Assembly: GCA_903839725.1 (NCBI GenBank)
Contig: CAIMDG010000002.1
Span: forward strand, 135,739 to 199,738
DNA length: 64,000 nt
Direction of reading: 5' to 3'
DNA from: an uncultured bacterium
GTDB taxonomy: Bacteria > Patescibacteriota > Minisyncoccia > Phycocordibacterales > PALSA-1337
The notes beneath the pieces are model-generated. The model worked only from the letters and a program-made list of their open reading frames with translations, was not told where the DNA came from and ran no database searches. Positions 63,810 to 64,000 of this stretch are shown piece by piece; position 1 is the stretch's first letter, and every line of letters begins with the position of its first letter. Position numbers and translations under genes: made by a program.

Positions 63810-63936
63810 AGGTAACCTACATATCACAGCCTGACGAAACATCCGTAACGTTCTAATATAAGTGCCTAAAGTACAATATTAAAAGACGATATCCCGCTGG
63901 GAATTGTTTCGTCAGGCTGTGATATGTAGGTTACCT
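63810..63936. repeat. Long-palindrome element (full-core type) 24 nt upstream of the pgk start; 32 bp perfect arms
   Basis: Arms aggtaacctacatatcacagcctgacgaaaca and tgtttcgtcaggctgtgatatgtaggttacct. Core tccgtaacgttctaatataagtgcctaaagtacaatattaaaagacgatatcccgctgggaat. Confidence 0.9.
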
Positions 63937-64000
63937 ATTTGAGATTACAACACGACAACATCAACCGCTTTCAACAATTCTTTGAAACCAGGAATATTGA

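Overview
This 64 kb window looks like a low-GC, streamlined bacterial genome, probably Candidate Phyla Radiation (Patescibacteria)-like. Supporting features: no L30 gene between rpsE and rplO, a four-helix-bundle gene inside the str operon, Lys/Ala-rich tails on several r-proteins, large secreted repeat proteins, and ComEC/RecJ DNA-uptake genes. I cannot verify the taxonomy from this window.

The backbone is a minus-strand ribosomal super-operon: rpsL-rpsG-[four-helix-bundle gene]-fusA ... tuf-rpsJ-rplC-rplD-rplW-rplB ... rpsS-rplV-rpsC-rplP-rpmC-rpsQ-rplN-rplX-rplE | rpsN-rpsH-rplF-rplR-rpsE-rplO-secY ... adk-map. A plus-strand infC-rpmI-rplT operon and a tmRNA next to smpB are also present.

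Two conserved adjacencies are broken by non-ribosomal insertions:
- fusA and tuf are separated by about 13 kb. This holds two paralogous surface proteins, two ion-channel genes, and a GC-rich block (about 42.6-50.4 kb) with an AAA ATPase and a TelA-like coiled-coil protein.
- rplB and rpsS are separated by about 4 kb. This holds a GC-rich LysA-like decarboxylase and a DapL-like aminotransferase.

The most unusual signal is a family of at least 8 long-palindrome elements. Each has a unique, perfect or near-perfect 28-42 bp inverted repeat around a partly conserved 40-65 nt core (AACATCCGTAACGTTCTAATATAAGTGCCTAAAGTAC...GATATCCCGCTGGGAATTGTTTCGTCAGG). All eight sit at the 5' ends of transcription units: pgk, recJ, comEC, the secreted metallo-beta-lactamase-like protein with sodA, a small membrane protein, rpsN and rpsL.

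Other notable findings:
- The four-helix-bundle gene between rpsG and fusA is bounded by 14 bp terminal inverted repeats and is a putative mobile cassette.
- A conserved roughly 33 nt AU-rich intercistronic motif sits just upstream of rplO, rplP and rpsL.
- The left end carries a secreted-protein cluster: two paralogous HExxH metalloproteases with C-terminal Cys repeats, a membrane-anchored VWA protein and a small membrane protein.

No CRISPR array, rRNA gene or canonical tRNA was found.
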